A stretch of 64,000 bases of DNA. Origin: an uncultured Planctomycetia bacterium (lineage in GTDB: Bacteria; Omnitrophota; Gorgyraeia; Tantalellales; Tantalellaceae). The stretch is taken from the NCBI GenBank assembly GCA_964527765.1, contig CAZGQR010000001.1, forward strand, positions 118,353 to 182,352. Direction: 5' to 3'. A program made the position numbers and the translations under genes. This document shows positions 55,766 through 64,000 of this stretch, piece after piece (position 1 is the first letter of the stretch; every line of letters starts with the position of its first letter). The notes beneath the pieces were generated by a model that worked only from the letters and a program-made list of their open reading frames with translations, was not told the DNA's origin and searched no databases.

Positions 55766-56128
55766 TTACTTACGGGGTCTTGCCTCGGCGCTCAAAGTGA
55801 AAAAATCAAAAAACTTACAGATGAAACTTTCACTGGCACCGCTGTTATCGGAATCGGCGCGAGCAAGCTGGTAGCTATTTACCTGCCTGGTTCTATTCTT
55901 TGCAAATTCCATTTCTCCGCCGTTCAGCGAGGCAAGCAGATATCTGGGAGATTCCAATTTGGATAGATTATACATTAACTTTGAATTCTGGTCAACGAGA
56001 TAGGAAAGGTGTCTTCTGCTCTTCTGCAGGCCATATCCTGCTTTGACGATCTCGACGCGCTGATGGACATAACCGATCGCTATTATTGTTATAATAAATC
56101 CTGTGAAGATGATCTTATATAATTTCAT
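55766..56128 (-). CDS. ftsL: FtsL-like protein
   Basis: TM helix plus coiled coil ending LESP; between rsmH and ftsI. Confidence 0.65.
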   Translation of the reverse strand: MKLYKIIFTGFIITIIAIGYVHQRVEIVKAGYGLQKSRRHLSYLVDQNSKLMYNLSKLESPRYLLASLNGGEMEFAKNRTRQVNSYQLARADSDNSGASESFICKFFDFFTLSAEARPRK

Positions 56129-57009
56129 GTCCCTCTTTCTGCTACGCGCAGTTTCGCGCTTCTTGCCCTTGGATTGGCCAGGACCTCTTCCCTGCCGGGG
56201 GTTATCGGTTTCTTCGTCAGGATCCTGATCTCGCCGGATGCGGCCATGCCCCTGAAGGCGTTCTTGATGATCCGGTCCTCAAGGGAATGGAACGATATGA
56301 CGCATATCCTGCCTCCCGGCCGCAGATGCAAAACCGTCCTGCTTACCGCTTCCTCCGCAGCGGCGAGCTCGTCGTTCACATAGATCCTCAGGGCCTGAAA
56401 AGTCCGCGCAGCATGGTGGAGCCGCTGCCTTCGGTATTTCTTGCCTACCGCGCCGAATATGATATCCGAGAGCTCCCCGGTCGTCTCGATCCGCTTTTTC
56501 TTCCGCGCTTCTACGATCGAGGCGGCCACAAGTCTGGCATATCTCTCTTCGCCGTATTTTCTTATAATATCCTCAAGTTCTTCTTTTCCGGATCTGTTCA
56601 CGGCATCCGCAGCCGACAACCCTTTACGGCCGTCAAAACGCATGTCCAGCGGTCCGTCTTTCAAAAAACTGAATCCTCTTCTCCCGTCATCTATCTGAAA
56701 AGAGGACACCCCCAGGTCAAATACCGCCCCGTCGATACCCGCAATTCCGGCCGTTTCCAGAATGCCATCGATATTCCGGAAATCATCGTTTATGTATATC
56801 ACATTATCCTTAAAATCCCCGAGACGCGATCTGGCTCTTTCAATGGCCTCCGGATCCCTGTCAAGGGCCACGAGCTTACCTCCGGGGAGGATTTTTTTCA
56901 GGATCTCAATCGCGTGTCCGCCGCCGCCCAAAGTAGCGTCAAGTATGACATCCCCGGCTTCAAGATCAAGATGCTCTATGACTTCCTTCAAAAGAACCGG
57001 AAAATGCAA
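56125..57009 (-). CDS. rsmH: 16S rRNA m4C1402 methyltransferase
   Basis: HFPVLL, DATLGGGGH, DLGVSS, FQALRI, SFHSLEDR. Confidence 0.98.
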   Translation of the reverse strand: MHFPVLLKEVIEHLDLEAGDVILDATLGGGGHAIEILKKILPGGKLVALDRDPEAIERARSRLGDFKDNVIYINDDFRNIDGILETAGIAGIDGAVFDLGVSSFQIDDGRRGFSFLKDGPLDMRFDGRKGLSAADAVNRSGKEELEDIIRKYGEERYARLVAASIVEARKKKRIETTGELSDIIFGAVGKKYRRQRLHHAARTFQALRIYVNDELAAAEEAVSRTVLHLRPGGRICVISFHSLEDRIIKNAFRGMAASGEIRILTKKPITPGREEVLANPRARSAKLRVAERGT

Positions 57010-57025
57010 AAAAAATCCTTTCAGC

Positions 57026-57208
57026 TTATCTGTCGCGCCGGAAAACTTTATTCATAATAACAATCTGTTTTTTATATAATCTGTTACAGGTACCCGTGAG
57101 GTCTTCTTTCTCCGCGCATCTATCGTCAGGGCCGCGCCCCTTCTCAGCTGCCCGTTCTTTTCCGTAGATCGACCCGCCTGTTTCACATGCCTGCAAGTAT
57201 TTTTTCAT
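57026..57208 (-). CDS. Hypothetical 60-aa protein
   Basis: ATG at 57208 with GGAG SD; ends 16 nt before rsmH; no family recognised. Confidence 0.4.
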   Translation of the reverse strand: MKKYLQACETGGSIYGKERAAEKGRGPDDRCAEKEDLTGTCNRLYKKQIVIMNKVFRRDR

Positions 57209-57321
57209 TGGCTCTCCAGCGTTCACCCCGTTAGCATTTGCAGCCGGGGCTTAAACTCCGGCTGTTGCCGGTTGATCTCAAGCTGGCGCGCAGGGTAGAC
57301 CGATCTCCCGGCCGGGCATAT

Positions 57322-57513
57322 CTAGTCGCAATCCTTTATCGTCAAGAATTTCATCCCTCCCAGTTCCGACGAAGAAACCGCATACCTTTTAACCCCCAGA
57401 TGCGAGATTCCGGAGGGAAGCGCTCTCGCCTTTTTGATCCTTTCCACCATGTTGACGCAATTGATAAACTCTACCCGTTTCTTATGAAACTTTACGGCAT
57501 ATCGTCTATACAT
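57322..57513 (-). CDS. Hypothetical basic 63-aa protein
   Basis: SD TAAGGAGG overlaps the mraZ stop codon at canonical spacing; no family recognised. Confidence 0.55.
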   Translation of the reverse strand: MYRRYAVKFHKKRVEFINCVNMVERIKKARALPSGISHLGVKRYAVSSSELGGMKFLTIKDCD

Positions 57514-57522
57514 TATACCTCC

Positions 57523-57960
57523 TTAAAATTCTATCAATCTTTCAGAGATCTCCTCATAGTCCTGCTTCGAAGATTTATAGAAATCCTGCCATTTCCCCTT
57601 ATCCCATATTTCTATGCGGCTCGAGACTCCGACTACGATCACGTTTTTTGACAGTTTCGCATATTCACGCAAATAGTCCGGTATCAATATCCTCCACTGC
57701 TTATCGGGGATAACTTCGACGGCGCCCGAGAAGAACAGACGCTTGAACTTTCTTACTTCTCTCTTTGTAAATGGCATGTCTTTGAATTTATTTTCCTGTG
57801 ATTTCCATTCGCTTTCCGCGAACATAAAAAGACACTCGTCCAGACCGCGTGTCACGTAAAGTTTCTCTATGCACATCTCTTGTATAACATCACGGAATCG
57901 CGATGGGATGATCAGGCGATTCTTTTTATCAAGAGTGTGTATATATTCTCCGTAAAACAT
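57523..57960 (-). CDS. mraZ: dcw cluster regulator MraZ
   Basis: LDKKNRLIIP, TRGLDECL, DKQWRILIP, RIEIW; start at ATG 57960. Confidence 0.97.
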   Translation of the reverse strand: MFYGEYIHTLDKKNRLIIPSRFRDVIQEMCIEKLYVTRGLDECLFMFAESEWKSQENKFKDMPFTKREVRKFKRLFFSGAVEVIPDKQWRILIPDYLREYAKLSKNVIVVGVSSRIEIWDKGKWQDFYKSSKQDYEEISERLIEF

Positions 57961-57985
57961 TCCACTTTCCTCCACTTTAGTCCAC
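57961..57985 (-). promoter_or_regulatory. MraZ operator (three GTGG boxes at 10-nt period)
   Basis: GTGGactaaaGTGGaggaaaGTGG directly before the ATG. Confidence 0.8.
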
Positions 57986-57998
57986 CCGCACTTTAAGG

Positions 57999-58027
57999 AG
58001 TATACACAACAACAAACCTTTTGTCAA
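57999..58027 (-). promoter_or_regulatory. sigma70 promoter of the dcw cluster
   Basis: TTGACA-17 nt-TATACT. Confidence 0.8.
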
Positions 58028-58135
58028 ATGCGTAATTTCAAACATTTTAAATTTCTTTAAAAAGTACCCATTATGTAGGTTCTTTATATAATATAACCCC
58101 ATTATATTGTGTGTAGGAAAAAGTGAAAAATAAAT

Positions 58136-58218
58136 GGAACGGGTTTATTCCCGGGACTACTCTACTGCAGTGAATATCCCGCTTTTTGAGGAAGTAGAAA
58201 TAAACGGGACGGGTTTAT
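58136..58218. repeat. Degenerate family A repeat plus half copy
   Basis: Similar to the reverse complement of 50045-50093; extra GGGACGGGTTTA at about 58206-58217. Confidence 0.6.
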
Positions 58219-58227
58219 AGCGGTGGG

Positions 58228-58665
58228 TTACCAATAAAGCTTTTTGAATCTTTCAGAATATTTTTTTATCCATTCCCTGGAAGCTTCCTGAAGCGTGATC
58301 TCTTTACCCAGCTGCAGGGAACGCAGCACGCGGTATTCCTCTATCAAGTAGATCTGCTCTATCAGCTTGACCTTGAACGCATCGGCATAACTGACGAACG
58401 CGACACCTATCCTGTGTAGTCCCGTCGATTCGTCCTTCTCGACATGCACGACTTTGGCCTTCACGCCGAAAACCTTGTCATACAGCGGTAGCTGCAGCTT
58501 GATGATCGTTCCGGAAGGCACATCTCTCTTGGACATGAACATGAGCCCGCCTTCGCTCACATTCAGCGTTTCTGTCCTTTCGAACTGATCTTCTTCTGTG
58601 ATCTTAAATTCAAGAGGATTGATAAGAAGATGTCTTATAAAGCGTCTTTTTTCGCGGTGTGCCAT
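58228..58665 (-). CDS. PilZ-domain protein with C-terminal helical extension
   Basis: RRFIR (RxxxR) and NVSEGG (D/NxSxxG) c-di-GMP motifs intact; start at ATG 58665. Confidence 0.88.
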   Translation of the reverse strand: MAHREKRRFIRHLLINPLEFKITEEDQFERTETLNVSEGGLMFMSKRDVPSGTIIKLQLPLYDKVFGVKAKVVHVEKDESTGLHRIGVAFVSYADAFKVKLIEQIYLIEEYRVLRSLQLGKEITLQEASREWIKKYSERFKKLYW

Positions 58666-58715
58666 ACCTCTTCCCCGGTGGACCTGCCTTGGACTTATTG
58701 CTGCGCGCAAAAAAC

Positions 58716-58949
58716 TTAGAGCATATTGTTTTCTTTTAGATCTTTTTCCAGCTTTTCGATCGCTTCCTTGAGTTTCGGAAAAAGTCTGACGTTTATGTTT
58801 ATTCCCTTCCCTGTAGGCACTTTCTCCTCCCCCTGAGGCGGCTGAGTCCAGATCCTGATGTCGATCACGTCATTTCCCTGATATTCGGATAGGCGGATTT
58901 TCACATCCTGGTATTTGTTTTTTTCAAATACCGCTACGTCTTTTTCCAT
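58716..58949 (-). CDS. PC4/YdbC-like ssDNA-binding protein
   Basis: SEYQG...IDIRIW...PTGKGI. Confidence 0.85.
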   Translation of the reverse strand: MEKDVAVFEKNKYQDVKIRLSEYQGNDVIDIRIWTQPPQGEEKVPTGKGININVRLFPKLKEAIEKLEKDLKENNML

Positions 58950-59112
58950 TTGTGCCTCCTTTTTTGCACAAGTGTATATTCCAGGTGCGGTGCGTCCGTA
59001 TATTACTACATATATATATGTATAATAATATAATATCTTATCGGAAAAAGCAAAAAAAATATGTGATTTTTATATAAGAAGGAGCGAGCCTGCCGCGAAC
59101 GGCGCGACGGTG

Positions 59113-59217
59113 CTAATCGACCTTTTTCTTTTCGAATATTTTCTTAAAACAGAACACCGTCAGCCCCAGGATCAGGATCCAGGAAATAGCGATGAACAAC
59201 CAGCCCAATGCCGTCAT
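59113..59217 (-). CDS. 34-aa single-TM protein, MetS-like partner of the NSS transporter
   Basis: MTALGWLFIAISWILILGLTVFCFKKIFEKKKVD; ATGA overlap with the transporter stop. Confidence 0.75.
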   Translation of the reverse strand: MTALGWLFIAISWILILGLTVFCFKKIFEKKKVD

Positions 59218-60776
59218 GTTCCCCTCGCTTTCGTTCTTCGTTTTCTCCAGGCGATCTTGACCATGACAGCCAGGACGAGAAAAAGCAGGAGAAGCCCGAC
59301 CCGCGTGGCAAGTATGTAGGGTCTGTTCTCGGGTGAGACGTTCTCCATCCGTATGATCGGCAGCCATTCCTGGAAAAACCACGCCCCGATCACTACAAGA
59401 AGAAATACCGGCGTGACATACTTTATAATATACTTGTATATTGCCGGTATTCTCATATCGGCGCCGTGATGCACTTCCTCCCAGGCCTTGTTGATGCCCA
59501 GTACCCAGCCGAACAATATCACCTCGATCGTGGCAAAAAGCACCAGACAAAATGTCCCGCCCCAGAAATCCAGCTCGTCAACGACGCCGTTACCGAGAAA
59601 AAATATCGCCGCGTTGCACAGGATGAAAGTCACGACGGCGAATATCATCACTGACCATTTCCGGGATATATCGAACTCGTCCTCCAGGAACGCGATCGCC
59701 GGCTGGGCCAGGGAAACGGACGATGTCACGCCGGCAAGGAACAGCAGCCCGAACCACAAAAACCCAAAAACCTCCGAAAACGGCATCTGCCCGAAAATGA
59801 TCGGCATCGTGACGAATCCCAGATTAAATGCTCCCGAGTTGGCGATATTGCCTATCGACATTGGCCCAAAGAAAACAAACGCCGCCGGTATTATTATGCT
59901 GGCCCCGAGAATGACTTCCGCGACCTCGTTCATGCTTACCGCGGTAAGTCCGGAAAGCGCGACATCGTCACCCTTTTTTAGATAACTGGCGTATGTCAGG
60001 ATAACGCCTATCCCCACGCTCAGCGTAAAGAATATCTGCCCTGTAGCGGCCAGCCAGACCCTCGCGCTTCTCAACTGGGAAAAATCCGGATTCCAAAGAT
60101 ACCCGAGCCCGTTCGACACGTTCCAATCCGGTCTCGCCGCGTCCGGCGCGCCCAGGGTCAGCACCCTTACGGCGAGAATAATGCCGAAAACGAACAGCGT
60201 GGGAATAGCGAATTTACAAAAACGTTCGATCCCGCCCCGGATACCGTAATTCAGCACCGTCATGTTAATAATGAACGTTATGAGGAAGAATACGTATGCC
60301 GGCGCTATGCTTGAAAAATACTGATTTTTTTCCAGCCCCTGAAAACCCCTTAAAAATTCCTGCATCGTGGACTGGTCGAGGATGCTTGAATACTTCTGCA
60401 CGAGAGAGAAAAAGCTGTACGCCAGCGTCCATGATTCTATGTAGGTATAATAGATCATGATCACGAGCGGGCCGAATATGCCTATAACGCCGAAATACTT
60501 GATGAAGCGGTTTTTCTCCCACAGGCTGTGGAAGACACCCGGGGCCGTGGAATGCTCGAACCCGCCGCCGTAACGCCCTATGGACCATTCGACCCACATC
60601 AGCGGAATGCCCACGAGCAAAAGCGCGACAAAATACGGGATCATGAACGCCCCGCCGCCGTTCTTTGCGGCCTGCACGGGAAACCGCAGGAAATTGCCCA
60701 ACCCCACAGCCGAACCTGCTACCGCCATTATGATCCCAAGGCGGGACCCCCATGAGTCTCTGATCCTCTTAGCCAC
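59214..60776 (-). CDS. Neurotransmitter:sodium symporter (LeuT-like) amino acid transporter
   Basis: AGSAVGLGNFLRFP, NGGGAFMIPY, GQIFFTLS, LFLAGVTSS. Confidence 0.95.
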   Translation of the reverse strand: MAKRIRDSWGSRLGIIMAVAGSAVGLGNFLRFPVQAAKNGGGAFMIPYFVALLLVGIPLMWVEWSIGRYGGGFEHSTAPGVFHSLWEKNRFIKYFGVIGIFGPLVIMIYYTYIESWTLAYSFFSLVQKYSSILDQSTMQEFLRGFQGLEKNQYFSSIAPAYVFFLITFIINMTVLNYGIRGGIERFCKFAIPTLFVFGIILAVRVLTLGAPDAARPDWNVSNGLGYLWNPDFSQLRSARVWLAATGQIFFTLSVGIGVILTYASYLKKGDDVALSGLTAVSMNEVAEVILGASIIIPAAFVFFGPMSIGNIANSGAFNLGFVTMPIIFGQMPFSEVFGFLWFGLLFLAGVTSSVSLAQPAIAFLEDEFDISRKWSVMIFAVVTFILCNAAIFFLGNGVVDELDFWGGTFCLVLFATIEVILFGWVLGINKAWEEVHHGADMRIPAIYKYIIKYVTPVFLLVVIGAWFFQEWLPIIRMENVSPENRPYILATRVGLLLLFLVLAVMVKIAWRKRRTKARGT

Positions 60777-60806
60777 AGCATCACCGTCTTTCTGCGATTT
60801 GCGGCC

Positions 60807-61055
60807 CTACCCCCTGAACCTTACGAACAATCTTCCCCAGTTCTTTGAGTCCTTATCTATCCTGTCATAAAGATCTTTATTTCTCTCGAGAAATTTTAAA
60901 ACGCGCTTCTTCAGCTGCCCCGAACCTTTACCCGGGATGATTTCTACTATCCTGACTTTCTTGTCTCTGGCTTCCTGCAGGATGCTCTTAAGCGCCCTTT
61001 CAATCTCTCGATGCTTATTGTAAATATCGTGTAAATCCAGCTTTATCTTTTTCAT
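60807..61055 (-). CDS. Stand-alone Smr domain protein
   Basis: LDLH, IIPGKGSG.L, NWG motifs; 82 aa. Confidence 0.88.
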   Translation of the reverse strand: MKKIKLDLHDIYNKHREIERALKSILQEARDKKVRIVEIIPGKGSGQLKKRVLKFLERNKDLYDRIDKDSKNWGRLFVRFRG

Positions 61056-61119
61056 GCTAAAAATACAGGGACAGGTTCAGTTCCGTGACTATACTGCCGC
61101 AGGAAACTTGTCCCGCCTT

Positions 61120-61530
61120 TCACTCCGGCTCTACCCGCTTGCGCAGGACCTTCTTCTCCGCTCTTTTTTTCTTTCCCGCGAGCATCTTTTCTTTCGCCCT
61201 TTTTGACCTCCTGCGTTTCTGCCTGCGTATTTTTTCTATCCGCTGCCTTTCCTCCGAAGCCCTTCCGAGTATCATTTTCTCGATCTTTCCGACCAGTATT
61301 CTGCGGGCCAGAAAACGGTTGAGAGCCTGAGAGCGTTCCCTCCCGCACTTGACCTCTATGCCTGTAGGATTATGTTTTAGGTACACGCGCGTGGATGCTT
61401 TATTGACGTGCTGCCCCCCGCGTCCGCTTGATCTTATGAAACGTTCGGTCAGGTCGGTTTCTTTTACGCCAAAACGGCGCATCTTCTCCCTGAGGTTCTT
61501 TTCTTTTCCCGGGCTGACTCCAAACTTCAT
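61120..61530 (-). CDS. ArfB-like GGQ peptidyl-tRNA hydrolase
   Basis: FIRSSGRGGQHVNK, ERSQALNR, long basic C-terminal tail; no codon-recognition domains. Confidence 0.88.
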   Translation of the reverse strand: MKFGVSPGKEKNLREKMRRFGVKETDLTERFIRSSGRGGQHVNKASTRVYLKHNPTGIEVKCGRERSQALNRFLARRILVGKIEKMILGRASEERQRIEKIRRQKRRRSKRAKEKMLAGKKKRAEKKVLRKRVEPE

Positions 61531-61655
61531 GACTTGCCTAACGTCGGATTGCTGGGATATCTGGCGATAACATTCTCTTTGTTCTTCGGATAGACGAGGG
61601 CTTTGACATGACCTGTTCCTTCCATTTTGAAGTTTAGTTCAAGATCTTACTGTGA

Positions 61656-62699
61656 CTATATCTCCAGAATAGAATCTGTGGTGCCGAAAACATTGGTTTC
61701 GGCGTCAGGGTTTTCCGGATCCCGGACCCATTCGTCATCTACCAGAAATTTATACCGGTATTTTCGCCCTTTGTCCAATGTGAAATGACCTGACCAGTGA
61801 CCGTTCTCGAGCTTAGAAAGGCGGCTTGTTTCGGCCTTCTGCCAGTTATTAAAATCTCCGAGGACATATACGGTGCCCGCTTCCGGAGCATGAAGAAAAA
61901 ATTCACGCACGGATACATCCATGATATCGTCCTTGATATTAAGGATCTCGCTGGTAAGATTATAAAAGTCCAGGGTTGCGGAACATTTAGGATCGTGCTC
62001 GAATATCGTCTTACCCAGCCCGGCAGCTTCCCTTAGGCGCACGCTCGAGCGTATCTTTGCGGAAAGAAGATACGGACCAAGCTTGTGCTTCGCGTCTTTC
62101 TCCAGCTGTTTTGCAAAATTCGAACGTTTGTCGTAAATGTTCATGATAAAAAAAACCGACGGGGTCCTCCCTGTCTCCGAATTCAACAGGCTCGTCACCC
62201 GGTAAACATTGTTTATGCCGTTGAACGAAAAATAGCTCAGATCTATCGGGACAAGGATCATATTCGCGGCATACATGGCATTAAGCGTGAGAAATCCGAA
62301 ACTGGGGGGGGAATCCACTATCACATATTCAAACTTCTCAAAGAAAGGCTTGGACAATGTGCGGGACAATATAGCCGCCGCGCCGTTTACCCCTCCAAGA
62401 TTGATCTCCGCCGCACTGAGCATCATATTGGCGGGTATAAAGGAAAGCCCTTTCCTGCTGTTTATGACGATCTCCTCGAATGGTATATCGGTGTTATCGA
62501 AATGCGCCCGAAAGATGTCATATGAGGTCTTTCTTTCGGAAGATTTCTCGCTGCATCCCAGTGCAAAGGTAGCATGAGCCTGCGGATCCAGGTCCACGAG
62601 AAGGGTTTCGTTCCCCAATCTTGAAAGAGCCGCCGCGACATTCACGGCAAGCGTTGTCTTTCCGCAACCGCCTTTCTGATTCGCAACAGATATGATCAT
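61656..62699 (-). CDS. ParA/Soj ATPase fused to a C-terminal CBM48/AMPK-beta-like glycogen-binding domain
   Basis: KGGCGKTT deviant Walker A, DLDPQ, DSPP; C-terminal VYVLGDFNNW...YRYKFLVDDEW..DPENP. Confidence 0.9.
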   Translation of the reverse strand: MIISVANQKGGCGKTTLAVNVAAALSRLGNETLLVDLDPQAHATFALGCSEKSSERKTSYDIFRAHFDNTDIPFEEIVINSRKGLSFIPANMMLSAAEINLGGVNGAAAILSRTLSKPFFEKFEYVIVDSPPSFGFLTLNAMYAANMILVPIDLSYFSFNGINNVYRVTSLLNSETGRTPSVFFIMNIYDKRSNFAKQLEKDAKHKLGPYLLSAKIRSSVRLREAAGLGKTIFEHDPKCSATLDFYNLTSEILNIKDDIMDVSVREFFLHAPEAGTVYVLGDFNNWQKAETSRLSKLENGHWSGHFTLDKGRKYRYKFLVDDEWVRDPENPDAETNVFGTTDSILEI

Positions 62700-62968
62700 T
62701 GTATCCCTCTCTACATATATTTTGTGGTATTTAGATAAATATGTCGAACATATTGTATTACTTGCCTAAAAGTATATCATATTAATTTTAAAAAACAACT
62801 ATTAAGCTTAATATTATTAGAACTCTGACATGCTCTTTCGACCCGTTAGAAATTCCATTTCTGGCAGGGTTCACCTGAACCTTTACTAATATATATCTAT
62901 ACGGGCCGGAATGTGCTAAAATATAGTGGAAATCAGGATTGCCGTGTTCGGCGCATAAATAGTGGGAG

Positions 62969-63883
62969 ATGTTTAGAGCCATGAATGAAAATAGATTACG
63001 CGACAGAATAGACATCGAGCTGTCCAAGACGTATTTCGGCAATGCTTCAAAGGATCCCGCTCACGCGAAAAGAGCCCCTAAACGGTACTCTGAAAGGGAA
63101 AACCAAAAACGAAACCGCCAAAGACAAAGCCGTTTCAGACGTCCGGGCCGTTTAAAGTTTTTTTTAATGGGTCTTGTCGTTCTGGCCGCGCTTGTTTTTC
63201 TTTTCGTCCGCATGCTGGGCTATGAACGCGTGGTCAGCATTCTCAAGGTCAAAACAGGATTCGTGCCGGCGTCCCAGCGGCCCATCATATGGTCCGGAAA
63301 AACAGCAAAAACAGCCATCCCTGCCGGGACGACTGCACCAGCCGTAAAACACGCCTTTAAAACGGAAAAGACCCTTTATGATTTTGAAAAAGACGATAAC
63401 GGGTGGGAGATCCCGGGATGGGAACTTGACAAACCGGACCACGTGGCCAGATCACTTAAAAAAGTCAGCGGCGTCGCCAGTAAAGGGGCCGGGAGTCTTG
63501 AACTCTACGCTGAATTCCCCGGAGAAAGATGGACAGGAGCGCTTGCCGAGATACAGCATTATCTTGATCTCAGAAATTACGACGCGATATACGTGGACAT
63601 CTATCTGCCGCTCGACGCTCCAGGCGGGCTCAGAGGAAAAGTCATATTAACGGTGGACGAGGACTGGCGGTTCGTGGAGATGGCCCGCAGTTTCCGGCTG
63701 GAACCCGGCAAGTGGACCACCATAACGGCTGACATTTCGGAAGGCAGCACCGAGTGGAAAAGGACCAAAGTGGATAAAGCCTTCAAGGCGGACGTGCGTA
63801 AAGTCGCCATAAGAATAGAATCCAACAGGGTCCCGTATTCCGGACCTATATACATAGATAACATCAGGGTATATTCCCGGTAG
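62969..63883 (+). CDS. Single-TM protein with a carbohydrate-binding-like (jelly-roll) C-terminal domain
   Basis: Basic N-terminus, TM helix, LYDFE...GW, LDL..YD.I..DIY.P, IYIDNI motifs. Confidence 0.75.
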   Translation: MFRAMNENRLRDRIDIELSKTYFGNASKDPAHAKRAPKRYSERENQKRNRQRQSRFRRPGRLKFFLMGLVVLAALVFLFVRMLGYERVVSILKVKTGFVPASQRPIIWSGKTAKTAIPAGTTAPAVKHAFKTEKTLYDFEKDDNGWEIPGWELDKPDHVARSLKKVSGVASKGAGSLELYAEFPGERWTGALAEIQHYLDLRNYDAIYVDIYLPLDAPGGLRGKVILTVDEDWRFVEMARSFRLEPGKWTTITADISEGSTEWKRTKVDKAFKADVRKVAIRIESNRVPYSGPIYIDNIRVYSR

Positions 63884-63976
63884 CGGGCGGGACAGGTTTA
63901 CTGCGGGAGATTAGCCCCAGGCGTAAACCAGTCCCATTTATTATTATGTGTCTTCCCGGTAGCGGGCGGGACAGGT
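63874..63976 (+). repeat. 24-bp perfect direct repeat overlapping a family A palindrome
   Basis: TTCCCGGTAGCGGGCGGGACAGGT at 63874-63897 and 63953-63976. Confidence 0.8.
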
Positions 63977-64000
63977 CTGCTAGTAGATTCCCAGATCCCT

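Noticed and set aside
57225-57320. Known ncRNA (SRP, tRNA, riboswitch) between mraZ and rsmH
   Set aside because: Hairpins present but no diagnostic motif recognised; an Rfam scan is needed
59000-59035. TACATATATATATGTA palindrome upstream of the PC4-like gene
   Set aside because: Low-complexity AT dinucleotide run that is self-complementary by default
61052-61348. 98-aa minus-strand ORF overlapping the GGQ gene
   Set aside because: Alternative frame of a low-complexity purine-rich tail; no frameshift signal identified
63874-63976. Possible CRISPR array
   Set aside because: Only two units, the spacer is itself part of a dispersed palindrome, and no cas genes are present

Overview
A 64-kb chromosomal window from a diderm bacterium; gene content and style suggest Candidatus Omnitrophota or another PVC relative, but this is inference. 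Nearly all real genes are on the minus strand. In transcription order: ParA-CBM48 fusion, GGQ release-factor-like protein, stand-alone Smr, NSS transporter with small partner, PC4-like and PilZ proteins; a dcw cluster (mraZ to ftsQ) ending in a strongly degenerate ftsA with no ftsZ behind it; proC-yggT-yggU-mtnP-ileS-dksA-lspA-lgt-rluD-aroA; mreBCD-mrdA-rodA; a type IV pilus locus (degenerate GGDEF, pilT, stand-alone MshEN, two pilB, pilC, pilin, TMTC-like glycosyltransferase, pilMNOPQ) interrupted by rng and continued by three minor pilins; then rplU-rpmA-obgE-proB-proA-nadD-rsfS. Top leads: (1) an FtsA relic with eroded ATP motifs and most of subdomain 2B missing, with ftsZ absent from the cluster; (2) two PilB motors with eroded c-di-GMP motifs beside a free MshEN protein; (3) a ParA ATPase fused to a glycogen-binding module; (4) a 134-bp MITE with an 8-bp target duplication that rewrote the end of murC. 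No rRNA, tRNA, CRISPR array or transposase gene was seen.
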